Shown in pieces: positions 1 through 11,103 of a DNA stretch of 64,000 nucleotides. This DNA comes from Vitrella brassicaformis CCMP3155 (lineage: Eukaryota > Protista > Chromerida), in contig CDMY01000424.1 of the NCBI GenBank assembly GCA_001179505.1, positions 1 through 64,000 on the forward strand, read 5' to 3'. Both the position numbers and the translations under genes were made by a program. The number at the start of each line of letters is the position of its first letter. The stretch's first letter is position 1. The notes below the pieces were generated by a model. The model worked only from the letters and a program-made list of their open reading frames with translations. It had not been told where the DNA came from and searched no databases.

Positions 1-1752
1 AGAGTTTCACCGATTCCACGGCGAGGGAACCACACCTGTCTAGGTGGGTAGTACACGATGTTCCTATGTACCTTGGCGCCACGTCGTGGCGACACCGAAC
101 GGGAACGACCACTTCCCCCACCGCCGTCACGGCGATGCTCCTGCCGTCCGCGACGGTCAGAGAGCGACCCACGAGTGTCTCGAGCTGATGAAGTAACGAG
201 AAGAGGGAAAGACATGCCAACTGCAGCTTGAATCAACCAGTGCTCTGGATTTCACAGATAACACAGCAGACGTGAAGCATGCAATGTGTGTTGTGCACTG
301 GACAACTGAGGGAACCCCCTCCTCAGCTGCGAGTCGATGGGAAGTGGAGACCGGCAGAAGTTGATCAGGCTTCACCCGATCTCCCTCCCCTACGCACGGC
401 TCTCTCCCGGACAAGCATGTCCGTGTGTCGTGAGTCGTCTCAGCGCGTCGATCGTTCCCGACCGGTGGCATCACCACGTCACGCGAGGATTCTGAGACCT
501 TGCAGCCATCCAACCGTGTGTGCACCTCGCTATGCTGCCTCTCTTTAAGAGCATGCACGTCTGTGTGCTCCTCCTCTCTCCCCTGTACCGGTGTGAGTGA
601 GCGATTGCGTCTGTGTCGGTTAGCATTCCACTGGTCGTCTCGTGGCGTCTCGCGCCGACGATGTCAATCACAACGCACACCACCACCATGTCCCTTGTTG
701 TACTTATTGTTCTTGCCCTTGTTGTTGTCCTTGATGACGCGCTCCTTCTCCCTGCGCTCGACCTCTTCGAGGTGGCTGTTGAGCAGCTCTGCAGTGCGCT
801 TCATGCGGTGGCTGCTCGGGAAGAGGGTGATGCCGTACATCTTTTTGTCGTGCGTCAGCCGCTTGCAGTCCTAATGGTGGTGGCCGTCGTTGAGGCAGTA
901 CTTGCAGTTGACGGATTCACCATCACTAGCCGCCCTTGCGCCCTCGTCGACGTCCATTGACGTCGTGGCCGCACCGACGCCCATGCTCGCGTCTTGCCCA
1001 GGCGATGCCCCGATCATCGCTGCAGCCGTCTCAAGCTTGCGCACCCTCTCCATGGCGTCGTCGAGGGTGACGTCGCTCTTGATGATCTTCTCGCTGATTG
1101 GCAGCTTGTAGGCCGTCGGCACCACCTTGATGTAGGCGTGCTTGAGCGCTGTGGCCGTGAGCACCTCCTTCTGCGCGTTGACCTTGCCAGCCAGCCGCTT
1201 GAACTCGGCGTTGTTGTCCAGGGCCGACTTCTTGAGGTCCCAGGCGAACGCGTCGAATTCACGTTGCGCTGAGAACTCTGCGAAGGCGGGGTTCGACTCC
1301 ATCTTTGCCTTGAGCCTCTTGAAGGCCAGCACACCGTCGAACTCGTCGTAGGTGTCCTTGACGCCCTCCTTGTATTGCTCGAGGACGTACTTGGCGGAGC
1401 TGTCCTTGCAGGCGAAGGCGAGCAGCGTGTGGAGCCGCTTGGCCGCTTGAGTGGATGCCCTCAGCTTCTCCTGCTGCTTGTGCATCTGCTTCAGCTCTCC
1501 CTCCTTGACCTCCTTGGTGTACTCGGCGGTGATGACCTTGTCCTCGATCTCCTGCTCACGCGTCAGAAGCTCCTCGAGCTTCGTCTGCTGCACCGAGATA
1601 GGCACTTGCTCATCGAGCGCCTTGTCCCGCAGCAGGGCCGATTCCTCGAACCCCAGCATGGTGCGGAAGCACCGTACCCAATCAGGGTAATCCTTCTCAT
1701 CTCCGGAGAAGGTTGGTACATCGCTGGTGCTGAGCTTGATGTAGTCGCTCAT
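1..1752 (-). pseudogene. Copia gag-pol pseudogene
   Basis: Single gag-pol frame broken by TAG (871-873) and TGA (664-666), then a frameshift near 165. Confidence 0.75.
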
Positions 1753-1930
1753 CTTGGTCGTAGATCTCGTGGCGGAGCTTGGTCAGGAGGCGAGGGGAGT
1801 CGACGGGAGTCGAGCGGCGAGTGTGGGGGTCTGAGGGAAGACCGAGGGAGGTCGAATGGACGACGGGGTGACGAAGATCTGGGCAGATCTTTGGCTCAGC
1901 AGCGACAGCCAGAACGACTTGCTGCGCCCA

Positions 1931-2100
1931 TGTCGGTAGATGAGAGTGGCTGTGGAGGATCGCTGTCGTTGCCCGTTAAGGCAACAAATGAGCCAGAGGG
2001 ACGGTTCACGAGAAGGAGGGACAGTTCGGAGTGCTCAGGGTTCTCAGCATGCAGTGGCATTACACGGCGGGATCTACCCCAACACACGCAGCCTCTGACA
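1931..2100 (-). repeat. Putative 5' LTR (170 bp) with adjacent primer-binding-site candidate
   Basis: Bounded by TGTC...GACA, upstream of gag, and followed immediately on the minus strand by TGGGCGCAGCAAG. The partner LTR is outside the window. Confidence 0.5.
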
Positions 2101-2693
2101 ATATCCCTTGCCAAAAAGCCTCCAGAATCCCTTCTTTGTGCGAGCTTGCAAGCTCACTGAGCCTTTTCCCTCCACCTTTCCTCCACCGCAGAGAGAGGGG
2201 TTTGCGCCTCATGAGCATCGCATGGCTCCGATCTGCTTAGCTGATTCATGGATCCGTCCACTGCAAGAGGCGCAAACCAATGAAGCGGTGCCGGGGGCAG
2301 TGCCCTGTCTGTGTGACACTCATCGGCAAGACACAAGCACTGCAGGCAGGTCAGCCAGTCATGTCAGCCAAAGGGGCGTCGTCAGCCATGAGTCAATCGG
2401 CAGCCACTCAAGTAGTCAATCCCCGCCAGCCACTCACACACACACACAGGCGATTCACTGACTGCACAGACCATCCAAGTGGATGGATGGAAGCCCTCTT
2501 CCCCTACTCGTGTCTGTATGTCTGTAGTGCTAAGTCCCCCCTCCCGTCTGTCTGTCTGTCTGTCTCTTCGCTCACACACAAACGAAGGTCCCGAAGATGC
2601 TCTCTGTCTGTCGTCGCCCACTCCCCTTCCCTCCCTCTCCATCCCTCCCATCGCTGCTATGTCCGCCATCCATTCGCCATTGCCCCTGGTGCC

Positions 2694-3948
2694 TCACTGG
2701 CCCGGCCCTCCGCCTCCCTGGTGGTTGCCATGCGGCTGGCCTGCCGCTGGGAACGGCGACGCACTCATCGCCAGATTCACCATTGGGTGCTCGTGAAGCC
2801 GTCGGGGCGGCGGTGTCATCATCGGCACCATGGCCACCTGGTGTGGGTGGGGCGGTGAGGCCGACGCGCTGCGATGGGCGGCAAACAACGGATAGGCCAG
2901 TGCTGCAGGCGGCGAGAAGGGGGGCGGGTAGGTTGGCCGCTGGGGTGGGAAGGGTCCAGGGGCGATGTGTGGCGGTGGGTGCACCATCTGGTGCGACGGA
3001 GGGGGAGATGGGTACTGCTGGGGTGCGACGGGAGCCGGGGGGACGTGTGGCGATGGGTGGCTCATGTGGTGCGACTGAGGGGGAGGGCTGGTGGTGCGTG
3101 GCGGGGCATGTGGTGCCGCGGGTGGTGGTGAGCTGCTCGTATCTTCGGTGCGGGCGCCGCGGGGGTGCGGGCGGGTGGCGGCAGGTGCAGTGGTCGGGTG
3201 GCAGCGCCTTTCGAAGAAGGCCACCTGCCGCTCTTCCCTGACCTTGAGGAAGGCCACCTGCCCCTTGAGCCCCTCCACCTCGGCCTCCAAATACGTCTCG
3301 GCGCTCTGTAAGACAACCATATGGACCGTATGTGCGAGAGGTCTCTGTGTGCAATGCTGCGAGTCGTGCGGCGCTTGTCGTATGCGTACCAGGTCCGCCC
3401 GCTCCTTAATGGCCGCCATTTCGGCCTTGAGGGCTTCGGCCTCAGCTTTCAGGGCCGCCTCACGCTCCTGAGGAAACAAAAGATAACACATCAGAAGAAA
3501 AGGAACAGTGTGCTGTGCTGTGGACGACATAGGATACATTGCATGCATTGGCCGCTTGCATACCTTCTGCTGGAGCTCCGCCCACTTGTTGCAGGCCTCG
3601 AACACCTCGTCGCACACCTCCCCTCCCAGAGCGTCGAGCCGCCGCTCTAGTTCCTGCCACACAGACACATCACGGGCATCATCTAGCCACGGAACTCCCT
3701 CCCATGTGCAATTGCCCATGACATTGTGCTGTGAATGTGAGCGTGCCAAGGAGCGTGCTTACCCCCGGGAACTTGATGGCCAGCACAGCGGCGTTGACCA
3801 CGAATGAGTCCAAGTCCCGGGGGTCGAGGATGATGTCCGCGGCGTTCTGCGGCGCCCTGGCGAGGACAGAGGGGGGGATGGCGTGGCGTGGGACGGGCAG
3901 CCTCAGCTTGAGGTCCTCGAGTCGCAGCTTCCGGCGCGAACTTGCCAT
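2694..3948 (-). CDS. Lineage-specific hypothetical protein (N-terminal PPSxxARAP...LAxKFPG motif, coiled coil, Pro-rich tail); paralog A1
   Basis: Spliced exons MASSRRKL...LAIKFPG | ELERRL...QQK | EREAALKAEAE...DL | SAETYLEAEV..., with canonical GT-AG introns at the same positions as the paralog at 8381-9434. Confidence 0.6.
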
Positions 3949-4439
3949 GCTTGCCTTCTCTGGAAAAGCGATCGACGAAAGGCTCGCTTGCCGATTTGGA
4001 CCGTGTTATGATCCATCCATTGCAAGAGACGCAAACCGATGAAGCTGGGCACTCAGAGCTCAGTTTTTCGGATCTTCGCCACTCAAGTTGAGAGCGTCGA
4101 GACGTCAACGCTGTCCATCGTGTTTCATCCATCTGTCAGCAGGCCCACATGAGTCACTGTTCAAATAGCCGGCGAGGTGTGCAGTGTCTTCTAGAGCAGC
4201 ATCAAGACACCTGGGCGGACGGGCCACGTCCAAACACCTGGCCATGCACTCAAGACAGTATGCTACGAGGAAAGATGGCCGAGTTCGGTCCGCGTGGTCG
4301 ACTGGATTTTGTGACACCTGGCTTGATATACGTTCATTCTCGGCCATCGGTAGAGAAGGAAGAGACGCACAGACAAACGGAAACACACACGGCCAAGAAG
4401 AGACGAGTCAGGATATAAAATGTAGGCAGTGATGTTCAG

Positions 4440-5940
4440 GAGGCAGCTCGCTGTCTGACAAATCAGTGTGGGTGGCAGTTGCTCGTCTGTCTGACACCAT
4501 CAGTCGGTCGTGCCGCCTCCCCCAGATCGTGCACCACTGACGGCTGTCTACCATGCACTGCACGGCAACATCCATGTATATGAGTCAGTATTGAGGGCTC
4601 TTGCTGTCAAGAGTGTGCACACAATGAACACAGACCCTCACCCACCCTCCTTCCCTCCCTCTCGATGGTGGCAGGGCCGCTCCAGCACTGCAGCCAGCGA
4701 CAGAATCAGCCCCCAAGCGCCCGTTAAGGCCACTGGGGCGTCATCACGCGTCGCCGCCCGCCTTGTGCTGCGGCGGACACCTGGGACTACTCTTCCTTTC
4801 AATGCGCCAGCCAGCCAGCCACTACGCATACACACACACTACCCATACACGCACATACGGCCGCCCTCTCGGCCCTCTCCTCCCCTCCCCACCACGAGAC
4901 AAATAGCGAGTACATGAACGAATGACATGAATGAGCCGACTCCGATGGTGACGGGCGGGAACTTGAAGAGCGGCGGCGCCGCCGCCGCCGGCAGGGCGTG
5001 GCGTCACTCGAGGCTCCAGCCGGGCCGGGACACACCCTGCACCACAGCACTCGGCCACAGACGGGGGGTGCCGTAGACACCGAGGCCTGCAATCAACACA
5101 CAACACACACACAACACACACACACACACACGTCAGTCAAGGCTGCCATGCCATCAACCTGTGCTTTTGTCATGTCAACTGCAGCACAGCATACATAGCA
5201 TACCTACTGGGGCGTGCACACTCCAGTGAAGACAGTGAAGCCCCAGTAGGTAGGTCCAGGTCTCATGTCCATACTGGGCGTCGCTCCACTTTTCGCCCAG
5301 CATATATCTTGGCCCGGCCCGCACCACCGACCAGATGCCATGCCGTCTGCACCCACCAGCACGCCGCCGCGACCGCCCGCCTTCTCGTGAGCACATACCC
5401 ACACACACGCACATATGTACACACACATGCAGAGGATGATAATGCCATCCACCTACCTGTCGCTGTTCTGTCTCCCCTCGAGCTGGTCCTGGCTGCGATC
5501 GGCTTGTGCCTCGTCCAAACAATCCCTGAGCGTCGGTCGGCGTAGACATCCGGGCAAAGAAGACCGAGATCTTCCGAAATGTTCTGCTTTCTTACTGCGG
5601 GGGGCGGCAGTGCATTGGCAGCTGCACGAGGTGCTTAACGGGCTCGACTCACGGGTTTCGTCAAAGTCCTGCTTTTCGACACGCTCACTTCGTGTGTGTA
5701 GTGACGGCGAGTAAGGAACTTTGCACACAACCACGGATGGCTGTCCGTTATGCCCCTGACGCACACACACACACACACACCCCGACAGAGTGACCCATGT
5801 TGGTTGTTGGTTCCGTTCACCCTGTCCCCACCTGACGAGTTGGGGTATGGTGCTGTCTTCACCAGTGGGAACAAGAAGGAACAAGTAGACGTGTCGGGTG
5901 CGGCGCCCCTCCACCAGCCGGTGTGCTAATCTCAGCTGCA
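4440..5940 (-). CDS. Possible multi-exon hypothetical gene, or 3' continuation of the gene to its right
   Basis: GC-rich exon-like blocks separated by (GT)n introns. No recognisable domain, and the reading frame is not resolved. Confidence 0.2.
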
Positions 5941-5977
5941 GGGGAAGAGACACCATGATATAAAATGCAGTCAGCGA

Positions 5978-8117
5978 TCACTGAGAGGTCTCTAGCGCCC
6001 TCGTCTTTCCGGAATGGCCTCTGCACGGCGGCTCGAACGTCTCGTCTCCACCCCCACTCGTCAGCATCGAGACGAGCTGATAGACGCTCGGCTGGACGAG
6101 GGCATACAGGGCGACCTGAAGAGAAGGGACACACACAGACGCATGAGAAACCTCCCTCCTCCCGCACACACGCAGCGGAATAGGCTGACCTGGAGGGAAT
6201 CTGCCATCTCCTCCAGAGTGCCGCGGTCCTCCGGCCACAGCTGCAAGTCCTTCAGCACGCGACAGGACGGACTCGACGTACTTGACTATGGTCTCGAGGA
6301 AAAGCATGCGGGACGAGCTGGCGCCCTCCAGCTTCCACACCTCGCTGCTGCCCTTGGCCTTGCGAGGACGGCCCTGCTCAAGGACAAAGATCTCCGCAAG
6401 AGTCCGCTGCAGAATGTAGGCATCACAGCCACCAGAGACACACGCAATCAGTACAGGGGGACTGCCGCGCTCGTGCTCTGTCTGACTTACCTCCCACTGA
6501 AAGAGCTTTCACCTGCCGAAGATCAAGTCCTTGGTGAAGTCGCTCGCGCCCTCCCATCGATACAGGACATCCACGAGAGGGTCCTTGATCATCGACTCGA
6601 GCAGCGCCATGCCCTCGCCGAAGACGCACATGACCTCGCCATCCACAATGATGCCCTTGTGATCACCCATCGCCCATCCACGCCTCCTGCACTCCTCCAG
6701 GTAGCTATCCATCACACAGTAGAGCCGGCGGCGAGACTCCCCTAGCTGCTGCCCCTGCCTGGCCCTGGCGTCTGCGACTTCCATGGTCAGCGCCGACTCG
6801 GGCGCCTCTGCGAGCACCTTGCCGCCCACTGGCTGCCCGATCCTCTTCTGCTCCTGCGTGTCGAAGGGCAGGTAGGCCACGGGGCGTTTTTTGTCCCGGC
6901 AGAAGTCTGGGGGCCGCTGGGGCTGGCTCAGGGCGTCGGCGTCGTCCACGGCGTCGTCCACGCGGATCGTGTTGGCGATGTCGATGAACTTGGCCACCGA
7001 TGGAATGCCGGGGAGCAGCGGATCCAGCGGATCGGCGTCGAACATGGGTCGGGTCATGCGATCGACGGTGTCCTGCACTCACACAAACAAACAAACAAAC
7101 AAACCAGCTGCAAAGATCAGTACCGATGCAGACATAAAGCATACCCGATGGATCAGGTAGTCGCTCCCCACGTGGTCGGTGCCAGCCAGGCCCAGCTTCA
7201 GCGCCCGCATGCGGGCCCAAATACTGAGAATGTGGCCGGCTAGCAGCTTGCGCAAGCCCCCGACGACGAAGTTTGCCGCGTCCCTCCGGCGGCGAGGCTT
7301 CGCGTCAGCAGGCCCACCCTCGAGCTCCTCGCGCAGTGCGGGTATGTTGCACTCCCACTGGAAGTCCATGATGATCGTCCAGTCATCACCTGACCGACCG
7401 ACACACAGACACACAAGCCATACACACACGGATGGATGCATGCTGTGATGCTCTGTGCCCGCCCCTGCTTACCAAGGTACTCCATGGCCATGACATACTT
7501 GACCTTCTTGCTGTCGCCCACCGTCAGCACGCCACGTTTGGCGCCGTCGTAGTAGGGCCGCACGAAGGGCGTGTCCAGCCACCTGCGCTGGCCCTATTGC
7601 AAGGTCGAGCTGGCCCTATGGGAGAACGGGTTGAGCAAAGGACATAGAGAACTGATTGGGAGACGGCTCTATTTTGATGCTTCACTATGCACAGCCGGCT
7701 ACCTCTGTCGCACTGTTGCGGCCGCCCACGTTGCTGCCGTCGACCTGCTGGTAGACCGTCATTTCGACGGTCTCCCTGCACACAGACATTCAACACATAT
7801 TCAACAGACACATACCTGGTCCACATGGGTGGGTCTCTGTGTGCATCGGATCTTCCTCACCGCAGGTTGCCGGGCCTGCTCATGAGCCCCACCATCTTGG
7901 ACGTCCATCCCTGGTCGTCGTCGATGGCGGGCTGGGGAGGCAGCGGCATCACCTGCTGGGGCTCGCAGGGCGGCAGGAGGGCTCGGTGGGCGGCCAGAAA
8001 GTGGCCGAAGCCTGGGCACACAGACACACACACACACACGCACACACGCACACACATGCTAGCACATGGGCGCGGGGTGATGAAATACCCAACGTTAGGG
8101 AGGGATCTCTACTTGTC
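5978..8117 (-). CDS. Hypothetical protein with possible atypical/pseudo protein-kinase fold; paralog B1
   Basis: Exons RWLDTPF...KYVMAMEYLG | ...LAGHILSIWARMRALKLGLAGTDHVGSDYLIHR | ...VAKFIDIANTI resemble kinase hinge, catalytic loop and DFG region in the right order. Start not resolved. Confidence 0.4.
7638..8117. repeat. ~480-bp direct repeat, copy 1 (copy 2 at 9643-10113)
   Basis: Near-identical sequence from AAGGACA.AGAGAACTGATTGGG to GGGATCT.TACTTGTC, including introns. Confidence 0.9.
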
Positions 8118-8380
8118 GAATGGGACAACGGACAAGGGTGAGGAGATTCATTTATGTCCGCCTGGGAAGAACCAGCCGTCTTGTCTCATTCGGGCCCCTT
8201 ACGCCTCTCGATGACCAACGACTGAGACTGTCGACACAAGAAGAACAGGGGAGACATCATGCACACCAAAGTGCTCTGCAATTCCCTTTTGTTCCTCTCC
8301 AGGCGGTACGACATGAGAGGGAGGAGAGACATAGAGATATAAAAAGTAGGCAGTGATACTCAGGGCCGCTGCCCTTCTTC

Positions 8381-9434
8381 TTAGCCCCCCACAAGGCCGC
8401 CGAGGCAGCACCTGAGGCTGCTGGTCGGGGGAGGTTGACGGCCACCATTGCTCGAGGCGGTCCCGACACCACTTCTTCCACCGCATTGTGGCATCTTGTG
8501 ACTCGCTCCTGGCCTCCCACACGCCCCTCCGTGTGTACTCACACTTCCCCCCGCACCCCATTCCACAGCCACCCCTCCATCCAGCCGGCCTGCATGGCCT
8601 CGGCGCTGTCGGGCGCCGGGCCGATGACCTGCGGCCATGCCGGGCTGGAAGGGCAGGTAGACCGGTGGCGGGGCTGATAGGGATGGGAGGGGGTTGCCAG
8701 GCGGCGTGTGTGGGGGCTCAGCAAGCCCAGAGGTGGCAGCCGGGGCGGCAGCGGGGGTGGAGGAGGCCGGAGGAGGGGCGGTAGGGCTGGTGGCCGCCCT
8801 GTGGCGCTCTGCCTTGCTGGCAGCCGCCACCTCCTCCGTGTCCTTCAGAGAGGCCTTCTTGGCCTTCAAGCCCGCCACTTCGGCCTGCAGGCGCGACTCG
8901 ACGTTCTGAAAGAGACAGCATACTGGCCATTTGTGTCAAAAGACCTCTGAGTGGTGCGGCGCATGTCGAATGCGTACCAGGCGCTCTTTCATGGCCTTTA
9001 TCTCGGCCTCCAGCGCCTCTATGTGCGCCTTTAGGGGCACCTTCTGAGGAACGACACAACACATCAAAAGAGAAGGAATCGGTGTGCTCCACTGCACCAG
9101 ACAGAGAGAGAATGCATTGGCTTTTGCATTGGCTTGCATACCTCTCTCTGCTTCTCGAGGCCCTGCGCCAGCTGGCCGCGGAGCTCTTCGTCAGTCATGG
9201 CAGCCACGCGCTTCTTGAGCTCCTCCTGCCACATAAACGGACACGTCACGGAAGCCATGTATTGTCAATCCAACGGAACTCCCTCTCAAGTGTGAGGCTG
9301 CTTACGCCTGGGAACTTGAGGGCCAGCAGCTTGGCGCTCCTCTTGGCCGCGTTGAAGTCCCGGGTGTGGAGGTCAATGTCCTTGGCATCTGCCGGCGCCC
9401 TGGCGACGGCAGACGGCGGCACGTACAGCGCCAT
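8381..9434 (-). CDS. Lineage-specific coiled-coil/Pro-rich protein; paralog A2
   Basis: MALYVPPSAVARAP...LALKFPG | EELKKR...QRE | KVPLKAHIEALEAEIKAMKERL | NVESRLQAEV...; introns match A1. Confidence 0.6.
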
Positions 9435-9642
9435 GGGCGGGCGCTCACACAAAGGGGATGATACGGGGGTGCTCTGCGCTCACAGGTCATCGCGTCATGA
9501 TTCTTCAACTCGTTGTGTGTGTGTGTCTGTGTGGGTGTGGAGAGAAGAGCGTACCGACGGCGTGTTTGAGTCGGACGCGCTAGACCGACACTATGGAGGT
9601 GTCGTCAGGCAACACGCCCTTCTCAGGCGCGTGGTGGTCCTT

Positions 9643-10113
9643 AAGGACAGAGAGAACTGATTGGGAGACTGCTCTATTTTGATGCTTCACTATGCACAGC
9701 CGGCTACCTCTGTCGCACTGTTGCGGCCGCCCACGTTGCTGCCGTCGACCTGCTGGTAGACCGTCATTTCGACGGTCTCCCTGCACACAGACATTCAACA
9801 CGCATCCAACAGACACATACCTGGTCCACATGGATGGGTCTCTGTGTGCATCGGATTTTCCTCACCGCAGGTTGCCGGGCCTGCTCATGAGCCCCACCAT
9901 CTTGGACGTCCATCCCTGGTCGTCGTCTATGGCGGGCTGGCCACCGGCAGCGGCATCATCTGCTGGGGCTCGCAGGGCGGCAGGAGGGCTCGGTGGGCGG
10001 CCAGAAAGTGGCCGAAGCCTGGGCACACACACACACACACACACACGCACACACATCCTAGCACATGGGCGCGAGGTGGAATACCCAACGTTAGGGAGGG
10101 ATCTTTACTTGTC
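9643..10113. repeat. ~470-bp direct repeat, copy 2 (duplicated 5' exons of B1)
   Basis: Direct comparison with 7638-8117. Confidence 0.9.
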
Positions 10114-10119
10114 CTCTGT

Positions 10120-10700
10120 TCAACGACGTTCCACGCCATGCAGACCCCTTCCTGTCGACTCGGAGGCGTTGGCAGCGTGGGCGTACCTGGACTGGTTGTG
10201 GAAGTACGTGTCGGTGGACACGTTGTCGCAGCACACGAGCGACAGCTTCACAAGGGCAGTCTTGTGGGCCTTCAGGTCCATCAGCAGGGCCGTGAGCAGC
10301 TCCTTCACATAGTCCTTAATCTGCCATCGGTGGTGCCTCTCTCCGCTGTCGGTGTTGATAGTCTCGATAGACGGGTATTTACTACCATCTGACAGACCAC
10401 ACAGCACAGCACAGCACAGCACACACACACAGGCAGTGTCTGTCATGAATGAGTGATCCCTTGCCCTGTTTGTCCGTCTGCTCACCCAGGTAGTCCATCC
10501 GCACAACCAGACAGGCCTGCTCCCCGCCGTTATCCATCAGCAGGCGCCCAGACAGCCCCCTGTCCGCCAGGACCTTGGGGAAGGGCGTGTCACACCACCG
10601 CATCCCCTGGTCCTTGACGGTCTCCACGTAGCCGACGACAGCCTCGAAGCCAGGCACCTGGAATGGCCAGCAACCAAGAAGGGTCCCTGTAGTTGAGATT
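10120..10700 (-). pseudogene. Truncated paralog of B1 (B2)
   Basis: GMRWCDTPF...ACLVVRMDYLG aligns with GQRRWLDTPF...KYVMAMEYLG, and LVCCDNVSTDTYFH aligns with LAGTDHVGSDYLIH. It abuts repeat copy 2 and lacks the downstream B1 exons. Confidence 0.45.
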
Positions 10701-11103
10701 CAATGACATGTATTCCGTTCCTCTGTTCAACCTATTTTTGCCATCTTTCACCCGCCGTCTCCTTGATGTAGTTGAGCAACAGTGCCTCCTGATGGGCGCC
10801 GATGGTGATCTTGTGCGTGTCCGGCACTCCACCGTCGGGCACAAGGAACAGGCCCCTCTTTCGTTGCCATGGCCCTCGGACCACCCTGCCAGATGTGCCT
10901 GTGCTCACCATGCCGGTCTCGTGGGGGGAAGGGTGGGGTGGCCCGGGGGACTGACGAATCCGAAGGAGAAGGATTCAGAGCGTGTTCGCTCCTTTTGTTC
11001 CTCCCAACATCTCTTTTTCACTTTGCCGTCTCCTTCGTCGCGTCGAGAATAATTTTTCTCGCCGCGATCGGTAGCGAAACTGGCCGCGTGCGTATCTCCC
11101 GCA

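Larger units (their letters stand above)
1..2100 (-). mobile_element. 5' part of a degenerate Ty1/copia LTR retrotransposon (LTR, gag, start of pol protease); continues off the left edge
   Basis: Gag-like ORF 1752->871 (PTFSGDEKDYPDW...) with CCHC knuckle CKYCLNDGHHH*DC. The same frame continues to ALVDSSCSWHVF (copia protease-like D-S-G/S-C-S-x-H) and, after a frameshift, to VADGRSIAVTAVGEV. Putative LTR at 1931-2100. Confidence 0.8.

Noticed and set aside
1375-2160. 261-aa plus-strand ORF and similar long antisense ORFs (e.g. 52839-54284, 56002-56916, 21216-21995)
   Set aside because: Shadow ORFs opposite GC-rich real coding sequence, with no independent motifs.
7594-7596. Premature stop in B1 before GQRRWLDTPF
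   Set aside because: The TAG is better read as the splice acceptor of the preceding intron.
7638-10113. LTR pair enclosing gene A2
   Set aside because: No TG...CA ends, PBS or PPT; the repeats consist of spliceable exons and introns of gene B1.
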